Assembly: GCF_006345805.1 (NCBI RefSeq)
Contig: NW_021833769.1
Coordinates: 1 to 55,439, forward strand
DNA from: Octopus sinensis
Taxonomy: Eukaryota
Length of the DNA: 55,439 nt
Reading direction: 5' to 3'
Shown here: piece by piece, positions 38,265 to 51,163 of the stretch
Position numbering within the stretch: the first letter of the stretch is position 1
How the letters are laid out: the number at the start of each line of letters is the position of its first letter
The notes under the pieces: generated by a model
What the model was told of the DNA's origin: nothing
Database searches by the model: none
Seen by the model: the letters and a program-made list of their open reading frames with translations, nothing else
Program-made: the position numbers and the translations under genes

Positions 38265-38409
38265 GTATATTTATGTATATTTATATATATATATATGATA
38301 TATATATATATAAATACAATGTCGTAGGAGGATATACAAAGATGCGCACACAACTGCATATGTATCTCTATGTAGCCGTATATACATACATCCATCCATA
38401 CATACATAC

Positions 38410-38412
<3 letters not shown>
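38031..38412. repeat. Exact ~160-bp tandem duplication, period 222 bp
   Basis: 38031-38190 equals 38253-38412, including the unique core aatacaatgtcgtaggaggatatacaaagatgcgcac. Confidence 0.9.
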
Positions 38413-38473
<61 letters not shown>

Positions 38474-39216
38474 ATGTGAATACATATATGGATATGCATC
38501 TGTATATATGTAGTATATGTATATGTATATATTTATGTCGATGCATGCGTGTTTGTGAATGCACGCACGCGCACATCCCATCGACCCACATATAAAAAAA
38601 AAAAATCTTCCAAAATGCTTCACTTAATCAAACCGTTAATATTCTTCAGAAACAAACTGTGAGCAATAATTTCTGGAAACCAACAAAAGTCAGGAAGAGA
38701 CGAAAGGAATGGTAAGAGGACTTCATAATCCTATGTTTTGATTAATTTTAAAAAGATGCTTTGTTGCCTGCGCTTTTGTGTGATTCCAACAAAAGCCCAG
38801 ATTACAATGTGATCTCATATCAATCTGCAGTAAGACTTTCGCTTTCTTATATGTTTAACGTTATTTTCTGTATTACGTCTCGTTTCGGGTGTGTGTCTCT
38901 GTGTGTATCTATTGTGAGATTGTAGTGTATGTATATATATATATATGTGTGTATGTGTGTGTGTGTGTGTGTGTGCATGTAAATTCTGTGTCTTGTATGT
39001 CGTTTAATAATTTTCATCAGTTCTTTTAAAATATTTCTAGAAAACTTGAGCCTCAACAATCGCGACCATCATGAGCATCATGATCATCCATCATCCTCCT
39101 CCTCCTCATCATCATCATATCGATCATCATCGTCAGCCTCATCAGCATCATCTCATTATTATTATTATTATTATTATTATCTTTCTGCGTATATTTTATT
39201 ATTATTATTGTTATTA

Positions 39217-39278
<62 letters not shown>

Positions 39279-39279
<1 letters not shown>

Positions 39280-39724
39280 AGCAAGAGAGCAGTGCATGCC
39301 ATCAAAGTGACACTGGGGTAAAATATACGAAGCCCAGCATACCCATCATGACTACCCATCTGATAAGGGTACACCAGGCACATGCATCACAACCATATGT
39401 GCGCGACATGGTGATCTTATATCAAGATAAACAGCACATGACCTTGCAGGTGGGGCCCAGTTAGAATTTTCTTCAGGTTGAGTAGCCCATCCCACTCAAA
39501 CGGTCCCTGAATAAGGGTTGTTTAAGGATGTTGAACGAACCACCCATGTTTCCAAAGGTGAATTATCCAAACCCCAAAGAATCCCTATCAACATATGGCT
39601 ATGATGCTCCCCCACTACTTCTGCTCATGATCAGAGATGCACATATCGTCAGCCACTAAAGGACATGGTCAACTGGTTAAGGTCAAACAACTGACAAGCA
39701 AATCAGTGGGAGTGAGCAGAATAT
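39279..39724 (-). mobile_element. Non-coding interspersed repeat inside a TTA/TTG microsatellite
   Basis: Second copy of the 722-1119 element; (TTA/TTG)n on the left and (TTA)n on the right. Confidence 0.8.
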
Positions 39725-39949
39725 TATTATTATTATTATTATTATAATTATTATTATTATCATCATCATTACTAATGTGGTGAGCTGGCAGAATGGTCAG
39801 CACGCTGAACGATATGCCAGCTCCCGCTTTATCACCGCCACTACCAACACCTCCACCACCACCACCACCACCACCACCACCACCACCATTTACAACAATA
39901 ACAACAACAATTATTATTATCATAACTATAATAATTTGAAATTTTGCCA

Positions 39950-40145
39950 CAAGGACAGCCATTTTGGGGAGGGGATGCATCATTTACCTCCAGCCCAGTG
40001 TTCAACTGATACTTAATTTATTGACCCCAAAAGGATGAAAAGTAAAGTCGACCTCCCCGGAATTTGAACTCAGAACGTTTCGACAAGCGAAATACCGCTA
40101 AGCATTGAGCCCAACGTGCTACTGATTCTACCAGCTCCTCATCTT
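39950..40145 (-). mobile_element. Family A SINE, single copy
   Basis: cacaagg..ttttggggagggga..ttgaccccaaaaggatgaaaagtaaagtcgacctc..aaataccgctaagc..ctaccagctc. Confidence 0.8.
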
Positions 40146-40932
40146 AACATCATCATCATCAACAACAACAACAATAATATCAGTAGTAGTAGTGATAGTA
40201 GTAGTAATATTAATAATAATAATCCTTTCTACATCCGAAAGAATGTGAATGTAAAATCAAGTGTGGCGGAATTTGAACTCAAAACGTACGGATGAACAAT
40301 AAAGTCGTCAAATAATAAAAAGCATATAAATATCTCTACTTCAGCTTACCTTGATTTGATAATGCATATATTCTTTCATTGCTTCATCCCATCATTCATA
40401 TATTCCTTAATTTCTTATTCATCGTGAAATTCAATCATCGCTAACCGATTTTGGCATCGAATCTATATAACATACGAGAAAAATATCAATTATTTCTATT
40501 TAAGTTCTTTCTTTTAACTTCTTTTTATAAATTGTTTTTTACCATTACTTTTATGTGTAGTATTTTTATATTATTTTCCACAAAATACTTATATTCCAAT
40601 GTGCTTTCAGTCACTGAACAATCCACACCACTCTTGATAATGCTTTGCTTTCGAAGAAGAACATGAATGGATGGTTTATCAAGATCTTTCTACAACGTTG
40701 AGGAAGATTTCAGTCGAAAATAGGACCCACAGCTCGTTAAGATGCTCCAATTTTCACATACAATAAGCAACCATTTATTTTATTAGAAAACTACTCAGCA
40801 CACAGTCAATATTCGGATACCACCACCCACGGGATAACCACAATTATCTCTCTCTCTCTCCCCCTCCCCCCCTCTCTATCTATCTATCTATCTATCTCTC
40901 TATCTATATTTATGTATGTATATAAATATATG

Positions 40933-40968
<36 letters not shown>

Positions 40969-41092
40969 TATATATATATATATATATATATTTATGCATA
41001 TACTTATATATACGTGTACACAAACGCACGCGCACATATACATATATTTATATGTATATATATTTATATTTATATGTATGTTTGTCTGTGGC

Positions 41093-41126
<34 letters not shown>

Positions 41127-42280
41127 ATATATAGAGAGAGAGAGGTTTATGTGGTTCGATTTTGCCTGATACCATAAACAACATTATTTGAAGCGGACAA
41201 TGCCTCGACAGACACAAAGACACACCCACTCACACTCACACACGGATGCACAGACACAAACACACACGTATGCCTACACTGATACATGCCTTGGGTCTCC
41301 ACATAGTTCCCGTCTACCAATTTCACTCACAAGGCAATGATCGGCCCAGGGATCTAATACAAGGCATATACTCAACGTATCGCGGTTAAACCAAAACCAA
41401 GTGACAGCAAAACAAGGTACTTAACGTAATTTTAATAAACAGTCCGAAAGTATGAAACTCAAATTTGATCACGGCAAAATGTTTAATCAAAAACTTTTGC
41501 AAAATTACATGGCCGTGATGACACCTGAATACGTAAGACATCAACTACGACATTAATAAAAGTCATTGACTGTCCACATAATCGTTTAATCTGATAGACT
41601 TTATATCAAAATATCCCTTAAAATCACTTAAAAACTTCTGATTAAGTCAAAAGAAAGACGATTTAGAAAGCGGGATAAGACAGTTTTAAATACACCATGT
41701 TTAAATAATAAATGAGATGGAACTGGTTTACTCTGTCATGCGCAAACCAGGAAATAAGCAAAAAATTTAAAAGAAGTCTAGTCGACCATTACCACTAGCA
41801 CTCTTCGGATTAACTTAGTATCTACAGAAATAAATACAGCGATCATAACCAGAAGAAATCTTTGCTTTAGAAGAATGGCGTTGTGATTAAGTGAAAGTCT
41901 TTTATCAGTGTCATGCTCAGTCGGAGCTAACCTGGGGTTAAACACCAAGAAAAAACAACACCACAAACTAATATCATTCCTAAGATATATTAGATTTACT
42001 TACAATTCCAATGCTATCTTTATTTTTAACCTCAGGTGTTTTATAATTATTTTATCATTTCTTTTCTTTCTCCCAGACGAGAAACTATTTTCACATCCAT
42101 TTCTTTCTGAAAACTTAAGCTATTTTCAAATCCATTTCCAATATTCTATTCAACTTTGATATATTTACAGAATAATCTACAACATAGAATTGGAATTACA
42201 AAGAAACGGGACAAAAGTCGATCAACTACACTTCAATATAGGTGGGGCGCAGTTCTAGAAAGAGGAACCTTATGCCTTAG

Positions 42281-42327
<47 letters not shown>

Positions 42328-42899
42328 AGAAAAGAGAGAAAAACAATAGGAAAGTGTTTGCTGTGGAATGGCGGTAAAATAGCTGATTATAAATTTACAA
42401 AGGGAATGTTGTCATACGGAGCCTAAGATAGTGATGTTCATGCCATTTCATTCTACTGGTTGTTGACATGTACACCAACGTGAGTTACAAACATATTCAC
42501 ACATGCACACCTACACACACACAGACACACACACTCACGCATACACATACACAGACACACAAACACACATGTGGTTTTCTTGTATAACTCTACCACAACA
42601 TTGATATAGCCTGATGTCTTTGAAAGAGATTAAAATTCTGGTAATACTAATCCTTGCTTCAGGGTTCAAGTTTAAGATTTTTTGCATAAATACATACATG
42701 TTTGACTGTTAATGTGCGCGCGCGAGAGCATGTGAATCGAGGTGTGATTTTCAACAATTAGATAAGACTGTAAATATATTATATCATAATAAAATAACAA
42801 AAAAGACTTGTCAAATACAGCTACCCAAGGTTCTTATTGATATATTAATTCATTTCGCCATTTATGAAGCTGATAAATACAATACTGTTTAGTAACTGC

Positions 42900-43700
42900 A
42901 TCCAATGCGATCAAAGTTTGAGTCAGGACGCACATTTAAAGATAGAGAGAAGACATACTTGAAAAATCTTCCCAATACGACGGTAAGGCTTTATAAGATA
43001 GCGACTTCACTGATTCTATCTTTTAGAAACCCCTGCTTCCTCAAGTATCAAGTCGTAAGAATAGGTCCTGTAAAATTTTGGGGTTCACCACGCCATTCTC
43101 TTTAAACGTTAACAGATATGTAAATAAAAGATGCTTAATTCTATTCGATAATCACTTACCCAACTAGCATAGGTACGTAAAGATATTTGATAAGCCACAA
43201 ATAGCAAACAAAGCCATGCCCCCACTAATGTAAAAGCCTACATCGAGAAACATCCGATTACTCAGGCCTTTCTGGATGTACATGTATAAGTATAGATAAA
43301 TCTAAACATCTTCTGGGGCAAACATCCACTATATCCTCCGCAGTTTATGAAGCACAGGTATCAGCAAACTATGGCAAACGTAGGCAGAGATCAAGTGTTA
43401 TACTGGATCTGTTGAAGGAAAATTTAAATCCAGATACAACCTTTAGATACCCAGAGGCGAGACTTTCGGCGTAAATCTGCAAAATTTGAAAACGATAACG
43501 TTGCTACAAATACCATGAGTGAAATATTTTCTACTTGTCCGTATTATGCAAAATGAATTTCAGTGGAAAATTACGGATAAACAGCCAGCCATTCCATAAT
43601 GCATTCCAACGTTGGTTTATGTAATTTTTTGCTCTTCTAAATATGCATTGTCATCAAAAGCGCGATAGCATCGAATGCAGTTACTGAATCGTCTTCTTCT
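42900..43700 (+). pseudogene. Penelope-like element relic (RT thumb linker plus GIY-YIG endonuclease)
   Basis: FTTPFSLNVN..V.KR.L.L.D.HLP..HRY.KIFD, PTNVKAYIEKH, GCTC, SAVYEAQVS, YTGSVEGKFKSRYN, LLNR. Confidence 0.75.
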
Positions 43701-43890
43701 TACTTGTTTCATAAATGACAAAATAGATTAATATATCAACATGGACACCCTGGATAGTTTTCCTATGTGTGTGTTGCTATATACATTAACCCCCCCACAC
43801 ACACGCATACACACACACACGCACACTAACACACACACACACACTAACAAGGACATGCTGCTTCTGCAGCTATTGTTGTTGTTAACATTC

Positions 43891-44150
43891 TGTAGTATTA
43901 TTTTTATCACGTGCTTTCACTGAACTACCAAACACAGCTTTGTGTGCCTTGGGAATGTGCTGTGGTTTGCTGTGATGCTTTTATTTCTACTGCACTGAAA
44001 GTGTTTTACGTTGGATGTGTGAGTGTCTAGTAGTTCTATTTTCTGTATGTTATATATATACATGTTAGTGCTGGTGTCTTTGCTATGTAATTCTTTGAAT
44101 ACTTTTTTTATCATGCCTAATGCGCCTATTATGATAGGAATTGTTTCTGT
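43891..44150 (-). mobile_element. Diverged 3' end of R4/Dong-like LINE
   Basis: TETIPIIIGALGMIKK..YNIQKIELL and a 3' UTR homologous to 10692-10949; flanked by (TTG)n/(TTC)n/(TTA)n. Confidence 0.85.
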
Positions 44151-44199
44151 TGTTGTTGTTGTTGTTGTTGTTATTGTTGTTGTTGTTGTTGTTCTTCTT

Positions 44200-44259
<60 letters not shown>

Positions 44260-44588
44260 TTTATTATAATTATAATTTTATGTTTGACCTTTGCTTTACT
44301 TTGTACACGCTTGCTCCAAGTCTCACCCAGAGACCGCAAGAGGCAACAGGTTGGAAGTTCATGTTGGTGTTATGCCTAGGGTACCATATATTTGGTTTTG
44401 TGTATAGTGTTGCTGTAGAGAATATTTAGGAAAACATAAGAAAATTGTTTGTTTTAAAACTCGAGATTACATAGAAAGTATTTTGCGTATGATATGGACA
44501 GTTCTTATGAGTACTATCTTTTGAATTACTGCCATTTTGGGGTTTCCTGGTAACTGAGCTAGGTTGCAATCATCCCCTTTTGCTATTA

Positions 44589-44686
<98 letters not shown>

Positions 44687-44777
44687 ATTTTGGTGATCAG
44701 TGAATATACTTCACTGAAAATATATACATATGTTTACAAAGTCTAGACGGGTATCTTCAGCTGCAGACCATGCTACT

Positions 44778-44817
44778 CCAGACTGATGACGAGAAAAACT
44801 TAGAAACCTGTCTCAGG
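44778..44817 (+). ncRNA. Type-I hammerhead-ribozyme-like motif
   Basis: CCAGA-CUGAUGA-CGAG-AAAAA-CUUA-GAAA-C-CU-G-UC-UCAGG: canonical core, GUC triplet, stem I 4 of 5 pairs, stem II imperfect at its base. Confidence 0.6.
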
Positions 44818-45604
44818 ATGCAGGCTTAGCTGGGTGGGCGGTGCTTGCCTCCCCTTTGTAAACATAAGGACACAGGAAATGTGTCAAGGCCGGCAGGAAG
44901 CGTTGATGTTCCCTAGGGCTAAATAGCGATGGTGTGATTCCCTTTACGGGACTGTCACGTTAAGTTGACAGTATACAACCACTCTATCGCTCCACCACTG
45001 CTTATATCTCTGAGATATTTAATATTTCTAATAAAAAGAAAATTTTATTGAAATAATTATTCATAAACCAAATAACGCAAGTATATATGATTTCTGTGTG
45101 TGTGTGTGTGTGTGTATGTGTGTGTGTGTGTGTATGTGTGTGTGTGTGTGTGTGTTTGTTGTGCTCGCGTGCATTTGTGCATATCTATGGATAATAACCA
45201 CACACCCACGCCCGCACATAATAATTACATTACATACAGACATACACAAATGCATTCTGTCGCTTGCTATTTCAATCTTTTGTTCCATTGTAAAACGTAG
45301 ACAGAAAATGTGATAGTAAGAATCTGTCATGTCCTTCAATATAATTAACCATCTTCAACCAAAATATATTGTTTTATTTATCGTATCTGTTCTACATCTC
45401 CACTCTACACTCAAGAGATCCCAGATTAGAAACTACGAATATTTTGAACACGTAGCAGTAGATATAAATGAACGTCTTCTATAGAAGCAGCTGACAATTT
45501 AAATTGCGATATAAGTATCGCATTTAAACATCTGAATGAATCATATCTATATTTAGGCAGCAGGCCAATTTTCTAAGGAAAGTCGCCTTAGTGGATTCAT
45601 TTCA

Positions 45605-45714
<110 letters not shown>

Positions 45715-45759
45715 ATACCTGTGTGCATCTGTGTGTGTGTGTGTATTTCTTTCAGTTTT

Positions 45760-45950
45760 TTTACCTGTTTCGGTCTTTTCACTGCGCCCATACTGAGCAC
45801 CGTCTGTAGTTGAGCAAATCGACCCCAGGACTTATTCTTTGTAAGCCTAGTACTTATTCTATTGCTCTCTATTTACAGGGACGTAAACACACAAGCATCG
45901 GTTGTCAAGCGATGTTGGGGGCACAAACACAGAGGCATACACACACATAC
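45760..45950 (-). mobile_element. Family B SINE, 3' half
   Basis: aaatcgaccccaggacttattctttgtaagcctagtacttattctat...gacgtaaacacac...ggttgtcaagcgatg. Confidence 0.8.
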
Positions 45951-46014
45951 ACATATATAGTTAAACTTTACTATAGCTTCGTATATTATTATTATTAGAT
46001 GTCTCATATATTCG

Positions 46015-46533
46015 ATGTATTAGTTTAACGGTCGGGAAGTGAAAAAGTCTTTAACGTTTCGAGCCTACGCTCTTCCACAGAAAGGAACACAGAAAGAAAC
46101 AAGGAGGGAAAATAAAGAATGTGTAGTGGTTATCGATCTATGTGGTAGTGGGACCAGTGAAACTTGAGAATATTTGGTCCTCAAAGTAGCCAACGAAGAG
46201 TCCCACATCCACACATCCAAACACCTACACATACACACACATACACGTCACGGTCACCAGCCTTCTTCCACACGCACATACATGCTCTCTTATACACAAG
46301 CACGCGCACCTTCGTTTTGGGATCACCACTACTTTATTATCTCCACTACTGTATTATCTCCCCTTCTTACTACCTCTCCTGTGTGTCCCCTCTGTCTGGC
46401 ACTCACCATGATCGCTAGCCACTACACTTACTTTATTTTCTTTCCTTGTTTCTTTATCTGTTCCTTTCTGTGGAAGAGCGTAGGCTCGAAGCGTTAAAGA
46501 TTTTTTCACTTCCCGAGCGTTGAATTAATACAT
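46015..46533. mobile_element. Inverted repeat with ~124-bp arms (Penelope-type pseudo-LTR ends)
   Basis: 46015-46138 is the near-perfect reverse complement of 46410-46533; each arm carries a hammerhead-like motif. Confidence 0.8.
46049..46084 (-). ncRNA. Minimal type-I hammerhead-like motif
   Basis: CUUU-CUGUGGA-A-GAGC-GUAG-GCUC-GAAA-CG-UU-AAAG. Stems I and II perfect, palindromic ACGU stem III, A6 is U. The sister copy at 46464-46499 (+) has GAAG. Confidence 0.6.
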
Positions 46534-47067
46534 TCGTTTGGTGTCTACACCACCTGTTTTTATGTTTTTTTGTGATTTCTCCCATATATATATATACATA
46601 CACATATATATGTATTATGATATTATAATATATATATAAATACGCGAGCGCACACGCACACGCACACATACACACACAAACACACACATACACACACACA
46701 TAAATATAGAGAAACACGTTGCTTCACGTGTACAATTTGATATTTCACATATAGATTTTGATTGATATGAAATATTTTATATCCCAAGGAAAAATGCTGA
46801 ATCAATATGATTCTCACATAACGAGTAAAATTGTAAATAAAATGCAATAAAGCAATACATCATATCTGTAGTTTTGTATTTTATACGGTGTTCTACCATC
46901 TAACATCATGACCGAGTTTAAATACTCTTTGGAACTCACGTTTCTTCATATCCCCAAATTTTTCATATGGAAAAACATGAATATCACTTTTAGTTATGCT
47001 TTTAAAAATGTAATAAAATAACATTTTTGAATACGCCAAAGCTCGAATTTGAGTTATAGAACATCTC

Positions 47068-47136
<69 letters not shown>

Positions 47137-47267
47137 ATATATATTTATATTCATCTATCTCTCTGTCTGTCTGTCTATGTATCTATCTCTCTGTTTATCT
47201 GTCTGTTTCCTGCCTGTCTGTCTGTCTGTCTGTCTGTCTATCTGTCTTACTGTCTGTCTTTCTATCA

Positions 47268-47317
<50 letters not shown>

Positions 47318-47322
47318 ATTAT

Positions 47323-47353
<31 letters not shown>

Positions 47354-48064
47354 GTATATATATATATATATATATATTTAGCTATTTAGCTATATGCATG
47401 TATGTATGTATCTATCTATATATCTATCTGTCTATTTCTCTCTCTCCTCCTCCTCTCTCTCTCTCTCTCTCTCACTAAAAACATGTCTGGTAATTTAATT
47501 TTATATCTCTAGCTGTAATTCATTTTTACTTTTTATATCTTTCATTGTATCTCCATTCGCATCATTAAACAATTTACAGGTCATTATCCATTTACTGTAG
47601 CGAGCGTTATGATTTAGATGTAAAACAACTCTTTCCTCTGCTGGAGACATCCCAATTTCAACAGCATAACTAATCTATTTTCGAAAGCCACGAGACTCAT
47701 GATATACCATTTAAATTTCCCCTAAAATATTGCACTGCATGTGGTATGAAAATATATGCGAAGTTGTACACATTTTAATGGCTCCGCTATCTCTGTCGTC
47801 GACGGCAGTTACCGTTAGTAAGTCACCCATAACCACGTTTCACCGTTTCCTTAACAAGGCATGGAATTACATAGTGTGAATACCGTAACTCAGCAGGTTA
47901 GTTGTCAGTGATCTGAGATTATTATTCGCTGCTTCTAACACTCCAAAAGCCTTCGTATTAAAAGTGTACGTTTTCTTAATTCTTAGCTTCTTTTAGACAC
48001 ATACTGGTCACTTTCCAAAACTGAATATAATCATTATTTTTTTATTTCTTTTTTTAACTTCTTT

Positions 48065-48255
48065 TAGTCATAAGACTGCAGCCATGCTGGAGCACCGACT
48101 AGAATTTTTAGTCGAATGAATCGATCCCACTAAATATGTTTTAAATCTGGTACTTATTCTGTTGGTCACTTTTGTCAAACCGCTCAGTTACCGGAATGCA
48201 GATAAACCGGCACCTCTTGAAAATCGGCGTTTGTGGAACAAACACAGACCCCACG

Positions 48256-48292
<37 letters not shown>

Positions 48293-48430
48293 AATATACG
48301 TACACATATATGTACGACAGGTTTCTTTCAGAATCCGTCTTCCTAATTCATTCACAAAGCTTTGAAAACACTTGACCAAGGTGCCACCCAGTCGGACGCA
48401 ACCCGTTTGAAGTCGACATTTAGTTCTGGC
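48065..48430 (-). mobile_element. Family B SINE, diverged
   Basis: cagtcataagactgcagccatgctggagcaccg...ctggtacttattctgttgg...internal (CA)n...ccaaggtgccac. Confidence 0.75.
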
Positions 48431-48549
48431 CTGAGTCGTCAGTAGAATAGCCGTTATTTCTTGCACGTCAAACAACAACAGACAATCTTCGTGGAATTTA
48501 CTACTGTTTAAACTTTGCGGACATGCAACCAATACATTCTAACGATCTC

Positions 48550-49112
48550 CGATCGGTAAGTATGATTTTCTTTGCATTCCAGGTTCAATCCCACTGCGTG
48601 ACGCCTTGGGTAAGTCTCTTCTACTATAAAATCAGGCCGACCAAAGCCTTGTAAGGGGATTTATTAGCTGGAAAATGAAAGAAGCCCGTCATATAATATT
48701 TATATATATATATACATACATATACGCTGTATTATTTATATATATATATATACGTACATATACACTAATATTTATATATATATATATATACATACATATA
48801 CACTGTAATGTTTATATATATATATATATATATATATACATACATATACACTTATATGTGTTTGTATGTGTGTGTGTGTGTGTGTATGTCTTTGTGTATA
48901 TGTTTTTACACCGCCGCATGATAACTGATGTTGGTGTGTTTATGTCCCCGTAACTTAGCGGTTTGGAAAAAGATCTGGGTAGAATAATAACCTGGATTTA
49001 CCAAAAAAAATAATAAAAAAACAAAAAAAACAACAATAATTACTGGAGTCGCTAAGATCGGCTAAGATGCTTCCAGGTGGTGTCCCAGCATAGCTGAAAT
49101 CTAATTACTGAA
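48550..49112 (+). mobile_element. Family B SINE with expanded internal microsatellite
   Basis: caggttcaatcccactgcgtgacgccttggg...ccgaccaaagccttgt...~200 bp TA/TG tract...gatgttggtgtgtttatgtccccgtaacttagcgg...ccagcatagc..actgaaac. Confidence 0.8.
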
Positions 49113-49114
49113 AC

Positions 49115-49415
<301 letters not shown>

Positions 49416-50287
49416 ACTATCTGTCTGTCGTCTGTCTCTACATATATATATATATATAATATATATAAATATATATATATATGTGTATAGATTAATATAT
49501 ATATACACAACACATTAACCAGTTTTTTTTTCTTCTAACGGTGTAGAATTTGACGTGGGGCTGTCTTTCCTTGCAAGTCGAGCGACAATATAGCGGTTTC
49601 GTCATTAGCTCTTCCCTTCGTGAAATTGAAACCCCATGTTATAAAATAGCTTGCTGCTAACGATCACAGGAAATTTGTTTTTCATATTCATAGATAAACT
49701 GTATCTAGCCGCGAGGGGGTGTTTGCAAGATGATTGAAGTGTTCCCGATTTGCATTCCCTTATCATTTCTTCAATGTGTTTATAACCAGAAGTATACGAT
49801 ATCTCTGGATTTGGTTATCTCTATGTGAACCGCGTATATAAACGGCGATGGAACTAAGCACTCTATCTCTCATTGAATATTGAATAATTGACGAAGTAGC
49901 TTTTGTTTTCGATTCTGAATTTGTAATCCTTAGATTAACGATTCCTTGGAAACGAAAGCCTCACGTGAGGTCCCTAAGATAGATTGCTAGAAAATGAAAG
50001 CTTCAGGCGGAACCATAAAGACTAAAGGCACGGAGAAAAAGCATGAGGAATACAACTTCTTAATGTAGATCTATTACAAAAGAGTACGAATTGAAGGAGT
50101 GTTTGTAAATACAAATATATGTATGTGTATGTATCTGTGTGTGTGTGAAACGTTGTATATGCCTCGCTATCAAAAGTGGTTGGGTTCGATTCTGCATAAC
50201 GGAATCCTGGACATTTAATTTCTTTCATAATGTCGGGTCGATCAATGCTGTGAGAAGAATTTACGGAGACAGTAAGAGCATGAAATC

Positions 50288-50540
50288 TTGTCATATGGTT
50301 TTAGTCTTCATTTTATCGTTCCCTTTTCTGATGAACCACACAATTACGGAGACGTAAACGAATCTATAGCAATTGACAACATAGATGTTAGGATCTTAAC
50401 GACACTTAGAACAAACACCTCACTCAGACAGACAAGGGAGGTGACACATATAATAGAAAATAGACTGAGACTCAACATAAAAGGTGAATGGAGAAATAAG
50501 TCCAACCTAGCCTACCACACAACACAACCTGACGACTAAA
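50288..50540 (+). pseudogene. Penelope-like GIY-YIG endonuclease C-terminal fragment
   Basis: RILTTLRTNTSLRQTREVTHIIENRLRLNIKGEW resembles the IL.....R...EA..I....P.LN end of GIY-YIG domains; a hammerhead-like motif follows ~230 nt downstream. Confidence 0.5.
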
Positions 50541-50761
50541 GGCACACATAGATATACTAAGGATGGAACGAAAAAATAAGAAAAACGAATAGATAAACAA
50601 ATACATAAAATACACAGGAACGAACGGTGTAATATACAAGCACATATACTCACACATTTAACAAATATAGTAAACATATAGACACACACGAATTCATATG
50701 TAAACGCATGCACAGATAGAGGTTGAAATAAGCAGGACACGAAAAGACACATGGGTTAGAG

Positions 50762-50808
50762 ATTTACTGATGAGGTCACAAACGTGTGACGAAAGAACCG
50801 TTAGTGAG
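50762..50808 (+). ncRNA. Hammerhead-like core, degenerate stems I/III
   Basis: CUGAUGA-G-GUCACA-AACG-UGUGAC-GAAA: perfect core with 6-bp stem II; stem III and stem I do not register canonically. Confidence 0.5.
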
Positions 50809-50910
50809 GTATAAAGTAAAAAATTACGAATGAAATCTAAATCGAAGACCAAATAATTATTGTATTATTGCAAAAAAATGACCATTCGCAAGTAAAAATC
50901 TCCCTCTCAT

Positions 50911-50947
<37 letters not shown>

Positions 50948-51163
50948 CAAATAAGAAAATGGAGGACAAATTTAGTTTGTTCATCAACTTTCGGATATTA
51001 GAATGCTGGATTATTTATTCATTCAACAAAATGAGAACCTCAATATCAAGATGAGATTACCAATTATATACAATGGATAGACCATAGTTAAATTCCAGGT
51101 TCGGTGATTATGCGAATAAGGGATCCAACTTAGGTCATATATCAGCGTGTACATAAAAAAATG

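Noticed and set aside
40698-40719. UUGAGGA-A-GAU(UUCA)GUC-GAAA hammerhead-like core
   Set aside because: 3-bp stem, altered C3, no stem III or cleavage triplet; compatible with chance.
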